Shown: positions 13,053 through 25,288, counted from the first letter of the whole stretch. The stretch: 63,607 bases of DNA, filler included, from Lama guanicoe (GCA_013239625.1; 156 parts of 156 records of this genome joined end to end with filler, not necessarily neighbours in it); one strand, 5' to 3'. The notes: a model not told the origin generated them from the letters alone. Numbers and translations are program-made.

Positions 13053-13360
13053 TAATTTCTATCCTCTTAAATTTGTTGAGGCTTCTTTTGTGCCCAGGCT
13101 TGTGATCTTCCCTAGAGAATTTTCCATGCACACTTGGTAAGAATGTACATTCTGTATTTTGGGGATGTAGTGTCCTAAAAGTATCAACCAAGGCCAACGG
13201 TTCTATTGTCATTTAGTATCTCTGCTGCCTTATTGATTTCGTGTCTGGAAGACCTGTCCAGTGATATTAGTGGGGTGTTAAAGTCTCCTACTACCATTGT
13301 ATTCCCATCAGTTTCTCCCTTTATGTCTGTTAGTATTTTATATATTTAGGTGCTCCTATA
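13053..13360 (-). mobile_element. LINE-1 ORF2 endonuclease-domain fragment (disrupted)
   Basis: Translates to VGDFNTP...LVDTFRTLHPQNTECTFLPSVHGKFSREDHKPGHKRSLNKFKRIEI, the APE-like EN motifs (consensus TFSRIDH). Confidence 0.95.
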
Positions 13361-14276
13361 NNNNNNNNNNNNNNNNNNNNNNNNNNNNNNNNNNNNNNNN
13401 NNNNTTAATTAATTAANNNNNNNNNNNNNNNNNNNNNNNNNNNNNNNNNNNNNNNNNNNNAGAAGGAGGGGTCATGTTAGCTACAGGGATAAGCAGAAGG
13501 TGCCATGTCCCCAGAGCTTCCCCCAGCAGCCTGGGTCTTCCCTGCTGTTCTGTCAGCCATCCTCCTCCTTCCGGGTGGTGCTGGCGATTCTGAGGTTCAG
13601 GGTATGTGATGGGCTGAGCTCCCTGAGGATGGGGTTTTGATGGGTGGGCAGGTTCAAGCCTTCCTTTTTTGACCCATATATCATTCATCTGGCCCAAGAC
13701 CATGGCACCAGGCCAAGCTGGTGAAGGCAAATTTCATTTATGAAAGTGCCAAGTAACTTAAACACAATNNNNNNNNNNNNNNNNNNNNNNNNNNNNNNNN
13801 NNNNNNNNNNNNTTAATTAATTAANNNNNNNNNNNNNNNNNNNNNNNNNNNNNNNNNNNNNNNNNNNNTTTACTTGTTCACATATATGCAAAATACTGCT
13901 ACAGATGTAGTGGGTAGGAAAAGATCAAAAGTACAGTCTAAATTTAGAATGCCATTGACTTTACTAATTTGTCAAGTGTCTTGTATATACAGGAAACCTT
14001 CCTTTCTTAGTCCTTCACTATTACAGTGTTCTAACTGTAAGGTAGACCTCTGAGTCTAATTAATGATTCTCAATCCATTTTCAACATTACTAAGATAATT
14101 TTATCTATAGGGTAAAATGTAGCAGAAAGAAAGAATGTAATTAATGGATAGAAATTTGACATCAGTATCATATATGNNNNNNNNNNNNNNNNNNNNNNNN
14201 NNNNNNNNNNNNNNNNNNNNTTAATTAATTAANNNNNNNNNNNNNNNNNNNNNNNNNNNNNNNNNNNNNNNNNNNN

Positions 14277-14583
14277 TAATATAGAATATAGAACACAGAA
14301 AATAGAACATTTAATTTTGAATTCAGAATATAGAATTTAGAATATAGAATGAATAAAACCAATTATAGATTATATAATACAGAACATAGAACCCAGAATT
14401 CTGAACATGGAAATCAAAACACAGAATTATGAATATAGAATACAGAATATAGAGTTTAGAATATAGAATGAAGGACACAGAATATAGAATTTAGAATACG
14501 GAATATAGGATAAAGAATACAGATAATATAATTAAGAACACAGAATAAAGAATATGGAAAACAGAATATAGAACCCTGAATTT
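14277..14583. repeat. Degenerate heptamer satellite (ATAGAAT)n
   Basis: Nearly the whole contig is 7-mer variants atagaat/atagaac/acagaat/ttagaat. Confidence 0.9.
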
Positions 14584-14689
14584 NNNNNNNNNNNNNNNNN
14601 NNNNNNNNNNNNNNNNNNNNNNNNNNNTTAATTAATTAANNNNNNNNNNNNNNNNNNNNNNNNNNNNNNNNNNNNNNNNNNNNACTGGC

Positions 14690-14991
14690 CCAGTGTTCAC
14701 CTTGCTTAGGATCACGTCAGTCTTTCATGTCATAAGTACTTTTTAAATGTTCATGGTTTGGGGTAGTTTTCAGTCTCTGAGTGAGGCTGTGTGTATGTTT
14801 AGAATTTTTTTAGTGTGAGTCAAGTAGATATGTCGCTATGCCTTGTCTCAAGCCTCTGACAAATGTTATTCTCTGTTCTTCAACTTTTTATCTCTATCTG
14901 AATGGAAGAGTGTTTCATCCTTAAAGGTCAGAGCCTGGAGAGTGGGCTCTCCTGTCTATTTCAGGCTCTAGGCAACATGCTTTTACAAAAG
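14690..14991 (-). mobile_element. ERV1-class LTR fragment
   Basis: TGACAAATGTTATTCTCTGTTCT..CCTTAAAGGTCAGAGCC..GGGCTCTCCTGTCTATTTCAGGCT resembles laurasiatherian ERV1 LTRs (recalled). Confidence 0.55.
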
Positions 14992-15134
14992 NNNNNNNNN
15001 NNNNNNNNNNNNNNNNNNNNNNNNNNNNNNNNNNNTTAATTAATTAANNNNNNNNNNNNNNNNNNNNNNNNNNNNNNNNNNNNNNNNNNNNACATATATT
15101 AGTTCTCATAATCTTTTTCATTAAAGGTTATTAC

Positions 15135-15399
15135 AATCAATAAATGTGATACACCCCACTAACAGCATGAAGGAGAGAAACCAGATGATCATGACTCTGA
15201 CAGCCAAAGCCATCTTGAGAAAGAACAAAGCTGGAGGTAGCACACATCTTGATTTCAAATGATATGACAAATCTATAGCAAGCAAAACAATATGGTATTG
15301 GCATAAAAACAGACACATAGACCAATGGAGCACAATTAAGAGTTCAGAAATATCTAGTCATCTGTCAATGGACATTTAGGTTGCTTCCATATCTTGGCT
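15135..15399 (+). mobile_element. Rearranged LINE-1: ORF2 pieces with internal deletion plus inverted 3' segment
   Basis: SINVIH..N.MKE.N.MI piece fused to AKAILRKNKAGG...[12 protein letters not shown] piece; 15353-15399 is antisense L1 (CTGTCAATGGACATTTAGGTTGCTTCCATATCTTGGCT). Confidence 0.85.
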
Positions 15400-15907
15400 N
15401 NNNNNNNNNNNNNNNNNNNNNNNNNNNNNNNNNNNNNNNNNNNTTAATTAATTAANNNNNNNNNNNNNNNNNNNNNNNNNNNNNNNNNNNNNNNNNNNNA
15501 AAAACAAAAAACAAAACCAAAACTGTGTTGTTTAAAGATTCAAGGTAATTTGTTATGACAGTAACAGGACAGGGGACTAATATGGAAGGGAGAGGGTACC
15601 CTCAAGGGAGAGTGTCAGCGGTTTTTTGGATTTTTAACTGAGAATGACATAGTCAAGGGACGAATGGATTTTAGTGAGGGCCAGGAAGTGCGGGAATGTT
15701 ATGGCAATATTCTAGGAAAAGGTTGGGAACACAGGAGTGGATAATGAAGCTGGACTCCCAGCAAGAGGACTTTTGAAAAGCACATGAGTGGAAAAGTCTC
15801 AAAAAAANNNNNNNNNNNNNNNNNNNNNNNNNNNNNNNNNNNNNNNNNNNNTTAATTAATTAANNNNNNNNNNNNNNNNNNNNNNNNNNNNNNNNNNNNN
15901 NNNNNNN

Positions 15908-15982
15908 TCAGCATGCACAAGGTCCTGGGTTCAATCCCCAGTCCCTCCACTAAAAACAAATAAATAAATAAACAAATAAAAA
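15908..15982 (+). mobile_element. tRNA-Ala-derived SINE (Vic-1-like), 3' part
   Basis: CAGCATGCACAAGGTCCTGGGTTCAATCCCCAGTCCCTCCA plus (TAAA)n tail. Confidence 0.9.
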
Positions 15983-18584
15983 CAATTGAAGGAGAAAGGA
16001 GAGAGAAAAGAAGAAACAGAATCATATAATGGACTGCTAAGTAGGTATTAGCTGGGAGTCAAATGATCCAATATAAAATGGCCAGACCAGATGTTAAAGG
16101 GTCAAGAGAAAAACAATGGAATTAAAAGCAATATAAAAATATAACAACTTAACCTCTAAAGCAAAGTGTAAATATTCCAAAATTTAGGGAGCCCTATGCC
16201 AAAACCCTAAAAGANNNNNNNNNNNNNNNNNNNNNNNNNNNNNNNNNNNNNNNNNNNNTTAATTAATTAANNNNNNNNNNNNNNNNNNNNNNNNNNNNNN
16301 NNNNNNNNNNNNNNGTTGTATTATGGACTGGCAGCCAGCACCTTTACCTTCACTCTTGGTCAAGCTGTGATCTGGGCGAAGTTGGCTTATGTTCACCCTC
16401 TTATTTGTCCTTAAAGACTTGCCACCGAATTCCATCACTCATTACTGAGACTTGATGGGCCCGTCTGTGTGCGTCTTGTCCAGAGGCTTCGGGACTTTAC
16501 AGAAGTTGACCATTTGCCTGGCCTGAGTGCGCTGGGTTGAACAGCAGTGCACTCGGTAGACCAGGCACCCTCACCTGTCCACTTGCCACGATGGTTTTAT
16601 GTGTCTTTCTCAAACGTTTCTANNNNNNNNNNNNNNNNNNNNNNNNNNNNNNNNNNNNNNNNNNNNTTAATTAATTAANNNNNNNNNNNNNNNNNNNNNN
16701 NNNNNNNNNNNNNNNNNNNNNNCTTTGGAAAGCGTGGGCCCCCCAGTGCCTCCGGGACCCACGTCCTCTGTTCCCTCCTTGTCCCCCAGCCTCTGTCTCC
16801 ACTTCTCTCCTCCTCTTTTCTCTGCTGACCCACAGTCCATGGCTCCCATCTGTTCACCTCCATCACTGACCTGCTGCCAATCAAGAATGATGGAAAAAGG
16901 GAAACAGAAATTCTCCCACAGCCGAGTGAGCACCAGAGCTGTGATGGGTCCAGGACACGCCTCCCCCAAATACAGCCTCATGGTGACGTGGGGAAGGTCT
17001 GAATATCTGAGCACCTGGCAGAAGCAGGACNNNNNNNNNNNNNNNNNNNNNNNNNNNNNNNNNNNNNNNNNNNNTTAATTAATTAANNNNNNNNNNNNNN
17101 NNNNNNNNNNNNNNNNNNNNNNNNNNNNNNCTTGTCTATGCATTCGGGCATATTTTAATCTTTTTTCTTAACAGATCACGTGCCTTGTTCCTTTTATCAG
17201 ATTATTTCCAGAACATTATTTGGAACAGGCATCACATATGGATTCTTTGAGTTTTTCACCATAATAAATAATTACATAGGTAACACCTGTACATTAATCC
17301 TTGCCAAAACCTGTGGTGACTATTTTCTTTTAAGAATAAGCCAAATTGCAGAATTTCAGGATTAAAGGCATGTTATTCCTTAAAGTTTCTGATGCATATT
17401 CGGTACTGGCCTGTGAGAAAGTTTCTTACCACTAATCCNNNNNNNNNNNNNNNNNNNNNNNNNNNNNNNNNNNNNNNNNNNNTTAATTAATTAANNNNNN
17501 NNNNNNNNNNNNNNNNNNNNNNNNNNNNNNNNNNNNNNGCAGCAAGGGTCCTCAGAGGTCCTTCAGTCCCACTCCCTCACTTTCCAGTGGCAGGCCACGC
17601 CAGAGTGGCTCGGCACTTCACCTCGGTCCACACAGCAAGTACTGTCAGATGTCAGAGCAGGATTGTACTCCAGATCTTCTGACTCCAAGGGCCACCACAC
17701 TGCTGTCAGCTGTCCTGGCAAGGAGAGACAGCCGGTGATGCTTCCTTTTCCACAGCTACCTCTACCTTGTCAAACGAATTATAACTGTGTCAAAACTGTG
17801 ATCTTAAAACACAGTTCCTCAAGACACCATTTCTGGCCATAAGGAANNNNNNNNNNNNNNNNNNNNNNNNNNNNNNNNNNNNNNNNNNNNTTAATTAATT
17901 AANNNNNNNNNNNNNNNNNNNNNNNNNNNNNNNNNNNNNNNNNNNNAAAAAAAAAATAAAATCATGATTGTGGTTTCTGTGTGTACTTAGATTCTTGAAA
18001 AAAAAGTATATATGCATAAACATGTATGTTTTATTCTAAGTTTTTTCAAAGTACTTCGAAACATGAAAGTCTTATAACAATGCCTGTGTTGCTATTATCA
18101 AATATAAGATGTGAAAATTTTTATAAAAATTAATAAAACAATAACATCACCTAACGCAGTCATACTGATCTACATATAAAAATGTAAAATTTACTATTGG
18201 ATTTAATGATCTTTTCTATAGCATATATAGATTACTGGTAGATTAAAATGTTTTNNNNNNNNNNNNNNNNNNNNNNNNNNNNNNNNNNNNNNNNNNNNTT
18301 AATTAATTAANNNNNNNNNNNNNNNNNNNNNNNNNNNNNNNNNNNNNNNNNNNNCATCCAGACGAATTGTTTTCCCACCAGCCCCTCCCATGAACTTGCA
18401 CAAACAAGGAGCTGCTTCCTCTCGAGGAGTCCAGGGGACTAAGCTGTGTGTCACGTCATGAGCAGAGGCCGCCAGCCCTCCTCCAGTCTCATCACGTAAG
18501 GTCAGGTGGACGTTTCCTCTGAAGCGACACCAAGAGGGGCTTAAAGCCACCTTTACCTAAACACGTGGAACGTGCCCCTCATGC

Positions 18585-18662
18585 TGTTGCCGGGGACCAG
18601 GCTCTTGTCCTGCCACAGAAAGACTTCAGAGACGGGACGTGGGGGTTAGGAAAGTGAAGTGG
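18585..18662 (-). mobile_element. Probable ERV LTR terminus
   Basis: Begins TGTTGCC.. followed by CAGAAAGACTTCAGAGACGGGACGTGG, typical of the antisense U5 end of an LTR. Confidence 0.35.
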
Positions 18663-18762
18663 NNNNNNNNNNNNNNNNNNNNNNNNNNNNNNNNNNNNNN
18701 NNNNNNTTAATTAATTAANNNNNNNNNNNNNNNNNNNNNNNNNNNNNNNNNNNNNNNNNNNN

Positions 18763-19070
18763 AATACTCAAAAGAAAATGATAGGTCTATTTCACTTGTG
18801 ATGATAGATGCAAACTGTATTTGAAAGATTAATTATCCATTTTATCTTGGAATGAAGGGATGGTTTAACATGAGAAAAGTTAATCAACCTAATTCATCAC
18901 ATCAGAATACTATAAAAATGTTAAAATATTTATAATTACTTATGCAAATATTATGAATCTCAATTGAAGAAAAATCACTTGATAAAACATAAAGAAGTCA
19001 ATACATATTTATGGTAAGCCCATCAGGAAACAAGGACTGAAGGGACTCACTTTAACTGAAAACCCACAAC
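18763..19070 (+). mobile_element. Ancient LINE-1 ORF2 remnant
   Basis: A-rich; degenerate ATAGATGCAAA..GGAATGAAGGGATGGTTTAACAT..TTGATAAAA motifs of the RT N-terminal region. Confidence 0.55.
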
Positions 19071-19170
19071 NNNNNNNNNNNNNNNNNNNNNNNNNNNNNN
19101 NNNNNNNNNNNNNNTTAATTAATTAANNNNNNNNNNNNNNNNNNNNNNNNNNNNNNNNNNNNNNNNNNNN

Positions 19171-19478
19171 CTCCTAAATCATTCAACACAAAAATATTTT
19201 CAATCTCTTTCAACAATTCGTGGCCAAGTTGTGGTTAAAAAGAACACAATCCCACTAAGATATATTCAGATACACAGCCATCGGCTGATGTTCTGTGACT
19301 ACAGTTGACTACAAAGAAAGCATTTCAAATAGTAGCTGAAGGCCTGTCATTTGCAAGCAGTATTTGCTTACTCCTGCCTCGGGCTGGATTTAAACCACTG
19401 AGTCAAAGGGAAAAGCTCCACATTCTGCGATTTAAAAATTGAAGCAAATATGAAAACTTCATACCTGTTCTTAAATAT
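19171..19478 (-). repeat. Duplicated contig (copy A2); reverse complement of 4893-5200
   Basis: Full-length alignment to 4893-5200 with 49-bp identical ends. Confidence 0.95.
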
Positions 19479-20802
19479 NNNNNNNNNNNNNNNNNNNNNN
19501 NNNNNNNNNNNNNNNNNNNNNNTTAATTAATTAANNNNNNNNNNNNNNNNNNNNNNNNNNNNNNNNNNNNNNNNNNNNTAATGCCTTCCTTACAGGGTAG
19601 TTGTAAGAACCAAATAGAACATCAAATCTATCTGGAATGCAGTAAGCACTAACTAGTGGCCATAGGTGCTACTGTTATTAATTAAGTATATTTGATCTTC
19701 AGTAGCCATCCTTCCTTCTGGTTATCAACTAGTCTGAGGTTTTTGCATCCTTCTCATGTTGATATCCTTTTATTTTAAAGCAATTTTTATTGTGGTATGG
19801 TTCCTATACAGTAAACTACACACATTTCACATGTACCCTTTGATGAATTTTGATAGAAGTCTACACCCATGAAACTACTGCCACACNNNNNNNNNNNNNN
19901 NNNNNNNNNNNNNNNNNNNNNNNNNNNNNNTTAATTAATTAANNNNNNNNNNNNNNNNNNNNNNNNNNNNNNNNNNNNNNNNNNNNCTCTGAATCCAGAC
20001 CAGTTCTTAGTCTTTCCCCTAGAATATTTTTGACTGATAGAGCTCAAGAACCACCTATTGTTTGTTTCTGGTGCCTAAAGCAGTTATTTATCAGGGAATG
20101 AAAAAATGGATTTTATTGGAGAGCAATAACTGAAATGCATTTGGAATGTTGTGAGCAGAAGCCTCAAATTAAGCTTATCACAAGCTTCAAAATGGCATAT
20201 ACCAGGAAATCCATTCTTGCTTTCAAGATAGGAAGAGGGATGACATTATAAATGGAGGTACCTTATTCTTTTCATAAGGAGGACACTGGGAACCNNNNNN
20301 NNNNNNNNNNNNNNNNNNNNNNNNNNNNNNNNNNNNNNTTAATTAATTAANNNNNNNNNNNNNNNNNNNNNNNNNNNNNNNNNNNNNNNNNNNNAAAAAA
20401 AATTTTTTTTTAATTGTTCATTTTTGCAGAATGCTGTCTGGCGTGGATAACTGTATTTTTCTTCTCATCTCAAAGGATCGCCTTTCTTCTGTTCTCTCTC
20501 AGGTGCTGGAGTGATTCTTTGATGACAAAATCACATGACGTCACTCCTGTCAAAACCCTACCATGGCTCCCTATGTCCTTTGGGTAAAAGGAGAGATATT
20601 CGGGATGGTCTCCATGTCTGGCAGAATCTGGCCCCGGTCATCTCTCAAACAATTTACCTACCATCCCGCCCCGTCATCGCACAAGCCGGGCTGACCACGC
20701 TANNNNNNNNNNNNNNNNNNNNNNNNNNNNNNNNNNNNNNNNNNNNTTAATTAATTAANNNNNNNNNNNNNNNNNNNNNNNNNNNNNNNNNNNNNNNNNN
20801 NN

Positions 20803-21108
20803 CATAAGCAAAACAAAACAACAACCTACAGAACAGGAGAAAATATTTGCAGAAGATGAGACTGAGAAGGGCTTGACTTCCAGAATATATAAACAGCTCA
20901 TACAACTTAAAAAAAAAATACCCAACCCAAAAATGGACAGAAGACCTAAACAAGCAATTATCCAATGAAGACATACAAATGACCAATAGAGACATGAAAA
21001 AATGCTCAATATCACTAAATATCAGAGAAATGCAAATCGAAACTACAATGAGGTATCACCCACCTCACACCAGTCAGAATGGCCATCATTCAAAAGTCCA
21101 CAAATGAT
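20803..21108 (+). mobile_element. LINE-1 ORF2 C-terminal fragment (relatively young)
   Basis: CAACCTACAGAA..GAGAAAATATTTGCA..GAAGACATACAAATG..GAAATGCAAATC..ACCAGTCAGAATGGCCATCATT. Confidence 0.95.
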
Positions 21109-21689
21109 NNNNNNNNNNNNNNNNNNNNNNNNNNNNNNNNNNNNNNNNNNNNTTAATTAATTAANNNNNNNNNNNNNNNNNNNNNNNNNNNNNNNNNNNN
21201 NNNNNNNNATAATACTGCTGTAAGAGTTATTGACAGTAATGGTAATATCTAACATTTCTTAATTTCTTATTGGAATAGTTCTTCACAGATAACAAATGCT
21301 CATTTTTATCCTGTCATTATTATATATCAGATATTATTCCAAGAAATGTACATGTATTAAGTCAACTATTCTCTTCCAAATTTCTAAAAGGTAGGTACAA
21401 TTACTATTATTACCCCCATTTTCTAGATGAGGACACTGATAACCTCAAACCAGGATTTGAATCCAGCCCTGGGCCCTTATCCACTCTGTCATCATGGCTC
21501 CAGGTTTATATTGATGNNNNNNNNNNNNNNNNNNNNNNNNNNNNNNNNNNNNNNNNNNNNTTAATTAATTAANNNNNNNNNNNNNNNNNNNNNNNNNNNN
21601 NNNNNNNNNNNNNNNNGATAAGACCGCTGAAACCCAGAGAGGTGTACTGACTTGCACCAGGTCACACAGCTTAGCTTGGAAAGCATGGA

Positions 21690-21920
21690 AGAACTTTGGT
21701 GGGCTTTGGGGTCAGAGAGTCTCCCAGGTTCAAACCCTGGATCCATCACTATATTCCTTGGGCAAGTTACTCAGTTTTCTAAAGCTTCAATTTCCTCAGT
21801 TGTTAGATGGGGCTAATAATTGTTCCTACTTCACAGAGTGTGTTTGAGGATTAACAAGAAAATCCACGTAAAATAGCTGAATGCTTGGCACTTACTAGGT
21901 GCTCAGTAAATACTGGTATT
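21690..21920 (+). mobile_element. MIR SINE
   Basis: GGTTCAAACCCTGG..CCTTGGGCAAGTTACT..TTTCCTCA..ATGGGGCTAATAAT..GAGGATTAA..GTGCTCAGTAAAT core and 3' motifs. Confidence 0.85.
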
Positions 21921-22024
21921 TTGTNNNNNNNNNNNNNNNNNNNNNNNNNNNNNNNNNNNNNNNNNNNNTTAATTAATTAANNNNNNNNNNNNNNNNNNNN
22001 NNNNNNNNNNNNNNNNNNNNNNNN

Positions 22025-22087
22025 GATTGAACCCAGGACCTTGTGCATGCTAAGCACGTGTTTTATCATTTGAGCTCTACCTTCCCC
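22025..22087 (-). mobile_element. tRNA-Ala-derived SINE (Vic-1-like), 5' part
   Basis: Reverse complement GGGGAAGGTAGAGCTCAAATGATAAAACACGTGCTTAGCATGCACAAGGTCCTGGGTTCAATC resembles tRNA-Ala(AGC) with a damaged D-arm. Confidence 0.9.
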
Positions 22088-22840
22088 ACTGCACAATCAC
22101 ATATTTATTGTCCTTTGCTAATTTTGGCAAAGTGTTTTAAAAGCACAGCAAACTATATGTGCTTTCAAAGAATAAAAGTAAAAAATCTTAAAAATCATTT
22201 TAAGCTTTTAGTGCTGTAAGGCTTTGCAAGGGTTTTGAAGTAAACATCAAATATAAAAAAATTTTTAAGTTATATTGAAAGATTGCTCCCAGAAAAGTAA
22301 ATTTATGATCATATTCTAAAATCAATTTTTTTNNNNNNNNNNNNNNNNNNNNNNNNNNNNNNNNNNNNNNNNNNNNTTAATTAATTAANNNNNNNNNNNN
22401 NNNNNNNNNNNNNNNNNNNNNNNNNNNNNNNNCTTTGATGCAAAATGGCCAGAAAACCAAGTCATATTTCTGTATTTTTTTACTGAGCATATCAACATGG
22501 AAATAAGCAAAACTTTATTTTTAAAAAGCCATGGTAGCCTTATATGTGGAGCCCTGAGAACATCAGCTGCTCATTCTCTTTTCCCTTCTTAACATTGCAA
22601 GGACTTGAACTCCCGTGTTTCATTCTATCCGTGCAGCACATGGAGCTCTAAGTGTGATCAGTTGCCACTGGAACAATCATAACAAAAACAAGCTAGAAAT
22701 ATCACTGATTATCTCATCCAGCCAGTAAATCCTACAACCANNNNNNNNNNNNNNNNNNNNNNNNNNNNNNNNNNNNNNNNNNNNTTAATTAATTAANNNN
22801 NNNNNNNNNNNNNNNNNNNNNNNNNNNNNNNNNNNNNNNN

Positions 22841-23148
22841 AAACACTCAGAAAACTAAAAAATAGAAGGGAACGTCCTCAACATGATAAAGGGCATTTAC
22901 AAAAATCCCACAGCAAACATTATACTCAATGGTGAAAGACTGAAAGATTTCCCCTGTGATCAAGAAGTAGACAAGAGTGACTTTCACCACTGCTATTTGT
23001 TCTAGCCAGAGCAATTAGACAAGAAAAAGAAACAGATGATATCCAAACTGGAGAAGAAGTAAAACTATCTCTACTCACAGATGATGTGATCCTATATGCA
23101 GAAAATCCCAAAGAATCTACAAGAAAGCTACTAGAGCTAATAAACAAA
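22841..23148 (+). mobile_element. LINE-1 ORF2 reverse-transcriptase fragment (disrupted)
   Basis: [23 protein letters not shown]...[10 protein letters not shown]...[23 protein letters not shown] (FADD motif mutated; stops and deletions). Confidence 0.95.
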
Positions 23149-23248
23149 NNNNNNNNNNNNNNNNNNNNNNNNNNNNNNNNNNNNNNNNNNNNTTAATTAA
23201 TTAANNNNNNNNNNNNNNNNNNNNNNNNNNNNNNNNNNNNNNNNNNNN

Positions 23249-23511
23249 CATGACCCTGGTCACACACTGAGCCTTGATCTGCATCACAGACTGACTTTTG
23301 ATCCTGGACACAGGGTGCCTGGCTCCCATCACAGACAAGCCCTGATCCAGGTCACAGACTGCACCCCGATCTTGGCTGCACTTCCATCACAGAGGGGCAC
23401 TCAGCGAGTGGTGGCTGCTCCCCATCTCGTACTGAGCCCTGATCCAGGTCACAGGTTGCCCCGACCTTGGCCGCGCTCCCACCACGGAGGGGCACTCAGC
23501 GAGCGGTGGCT
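23249..23511. repeat. Minisatellite / local tandem duplication (97-bp unit built on ~22-bp subunits)
   Basis: AGCCCTGATCCAGGTCACAG...AGGGGCACTCAGCGAG at 23338 and 23435; upstream degenerate TGATCCTGGTCACA-like subunits. Confidence 0.75.
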
Positions 23512-24880
23512 TCTATTTCTGTTATCGTTGTTGTACCTTTAACGTTGTGTCCCACTNNNNNNNNNNNNNNNNNNNNNNNNNNNNNNNNNNNNNNNNNNNN
23601 TTAATTAATTAANNNNNNNNNNNNNNNNNNNNNNNNNNNNNNNNNNNNNNNNNNNNTAATTAACCAAGCTGTAATGACTAAAATCTGAGTGGTTTCTGTT
23701 GCTCTTATAAGTAATACCATTATATATAAAATCTTGACAATTTTTTCTTTTTTTGCTATTTCATTGATCAAATTCCTGGCAATGAAAGAATAGGTCAAAT
23801 GGTACAAATATTTTCAGTGCTCATAATAAGAATGATCAACTCATTTCCTGGAAGTCTATGTCAATCTAATTCCCACCACCAGTAGCATTTGAAAGTATCT
23901 CCTTTACCTACCTCTGTACAGCATCAATTAGTATCATTTAAAATGTATCTAACAAAATGACAACNNNNNNNNNNNNNNNNNNNNNNNNNNNNNNNNNNNN
24001 NNNNNNNNTTAATTAATTAANNNNNNNNNNNNNNNNNNNNNNNNNNNNNNNNNNNNNNNNNNNNAGATTAGAGACAAACTGTATTCTTGGTGGAGGCAAA
24101 GTGTGAAAGTGTGAGTGTGTGTGCATGTGAATTACAGAGCTAACTGCTCCTCCGCCATCACGGGCAGCCTTCACAGATGGTATTAATAATAAAAAGAAAC
24201 GGGTAGAAGTAGCATTTGGAGAGGTGGTAGTGACTAGCAGACAGAGCAGGTCACTTGAGCAGATCATGTCCGGGGAATGAAATGGAAAGGCTGGTTGCAG
24301 CAGACAGATCTTTTGTGTTATTTCATTTAAAAACATGGATGTATTATTTTGGTAAACATTTATAAATGCCAANNNNNNNNNNNNNNNNNNNNNNNNNNNN
24401 NNNNNNNNNNNNNNNNTTAATTAATTAANNNNNNNNNNNNNNNNNNNNNNNNNNNNNNNNNNNNNNNNNNNNGAATTTCTGAGGTTAAAAATGTGGAGGA
24501 AAACCCCCTCTATATCCCTGTGACTCTAAAGACTGTGATATGTTATCATTCAAATATTTGTTTATTGAACATTTACAGTGGAAGAGAAGTAATTGGGTCC
24601 TGCAGAGGGGGCATCTGGGTTATTACTGGGGTGCCAATTAATGCATCTTAGTTGAAGTAGTAAGTACATAAATTTTTAAAGTTAAAGTGCTATGAAAATA
24701 TAGTCCAAATTTGTGTGTGGTGTGTATATACAAAAATAGAGGTATTCCCTATTTATCTGCAAATATTTAAGTCGTGTTGCNNNNNNNNNNNNNNNNNNNN
24801 NNNNNNNNNNNNNNNNNNNNNNNNTTAATTAATTAANNNNNNNNNNNNNNNNNNNNNNNNNNNNNNNNNNNNNNNNNNNN

Positions 24881-24905
24881 TGTGTGTGTGTGTGTGTGTT
24901 TGTGT
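24881..24905. repeat. (TG)n microsatellite at contig end
   Basis: tgtgtgtgtgtgtgtgtgtttgtgt. Confidence 0.95.
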
Positions 24906-25288
24906 TTAAATTTGGGAGCAGTTGTGGATCTCTAAGTCTGGACATGAGGGTGCCCATCTTTGTACATAAGAAATACTAAGATCACAGAGATATTTCTGGA
25001 GCTGTAACCTACACTCACCCTAGACATTATCACCACAGGGGCTCCCCCCACCTCCCCCCATACCTTCTGCTGTAGTAGATGCAACTGTATTCTCTTTGGG
25101 CTTCATGTTATTTGTTCAGACTTCTGTCATCCTCAGAACGGGTTAATGATGACTAGAATTTTTCTTGGGAAATCTTCCCTAGAATACANNNNNNNNNNNN
25201 NNNNNNNNNNNNNNNNNNNNNNNNNNNNNNNNTTAATTAATTAANNNNNNNNNNNNNNNNNNNNNNNNNNNNNNNNNNNNNNNNNNNN

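Noticed and set aside
22025..22087. tRNA-Ala gene
   Set aside because: Damaged D-arm/A-box, and sibling copies carry A-rich tails; it is a SINE
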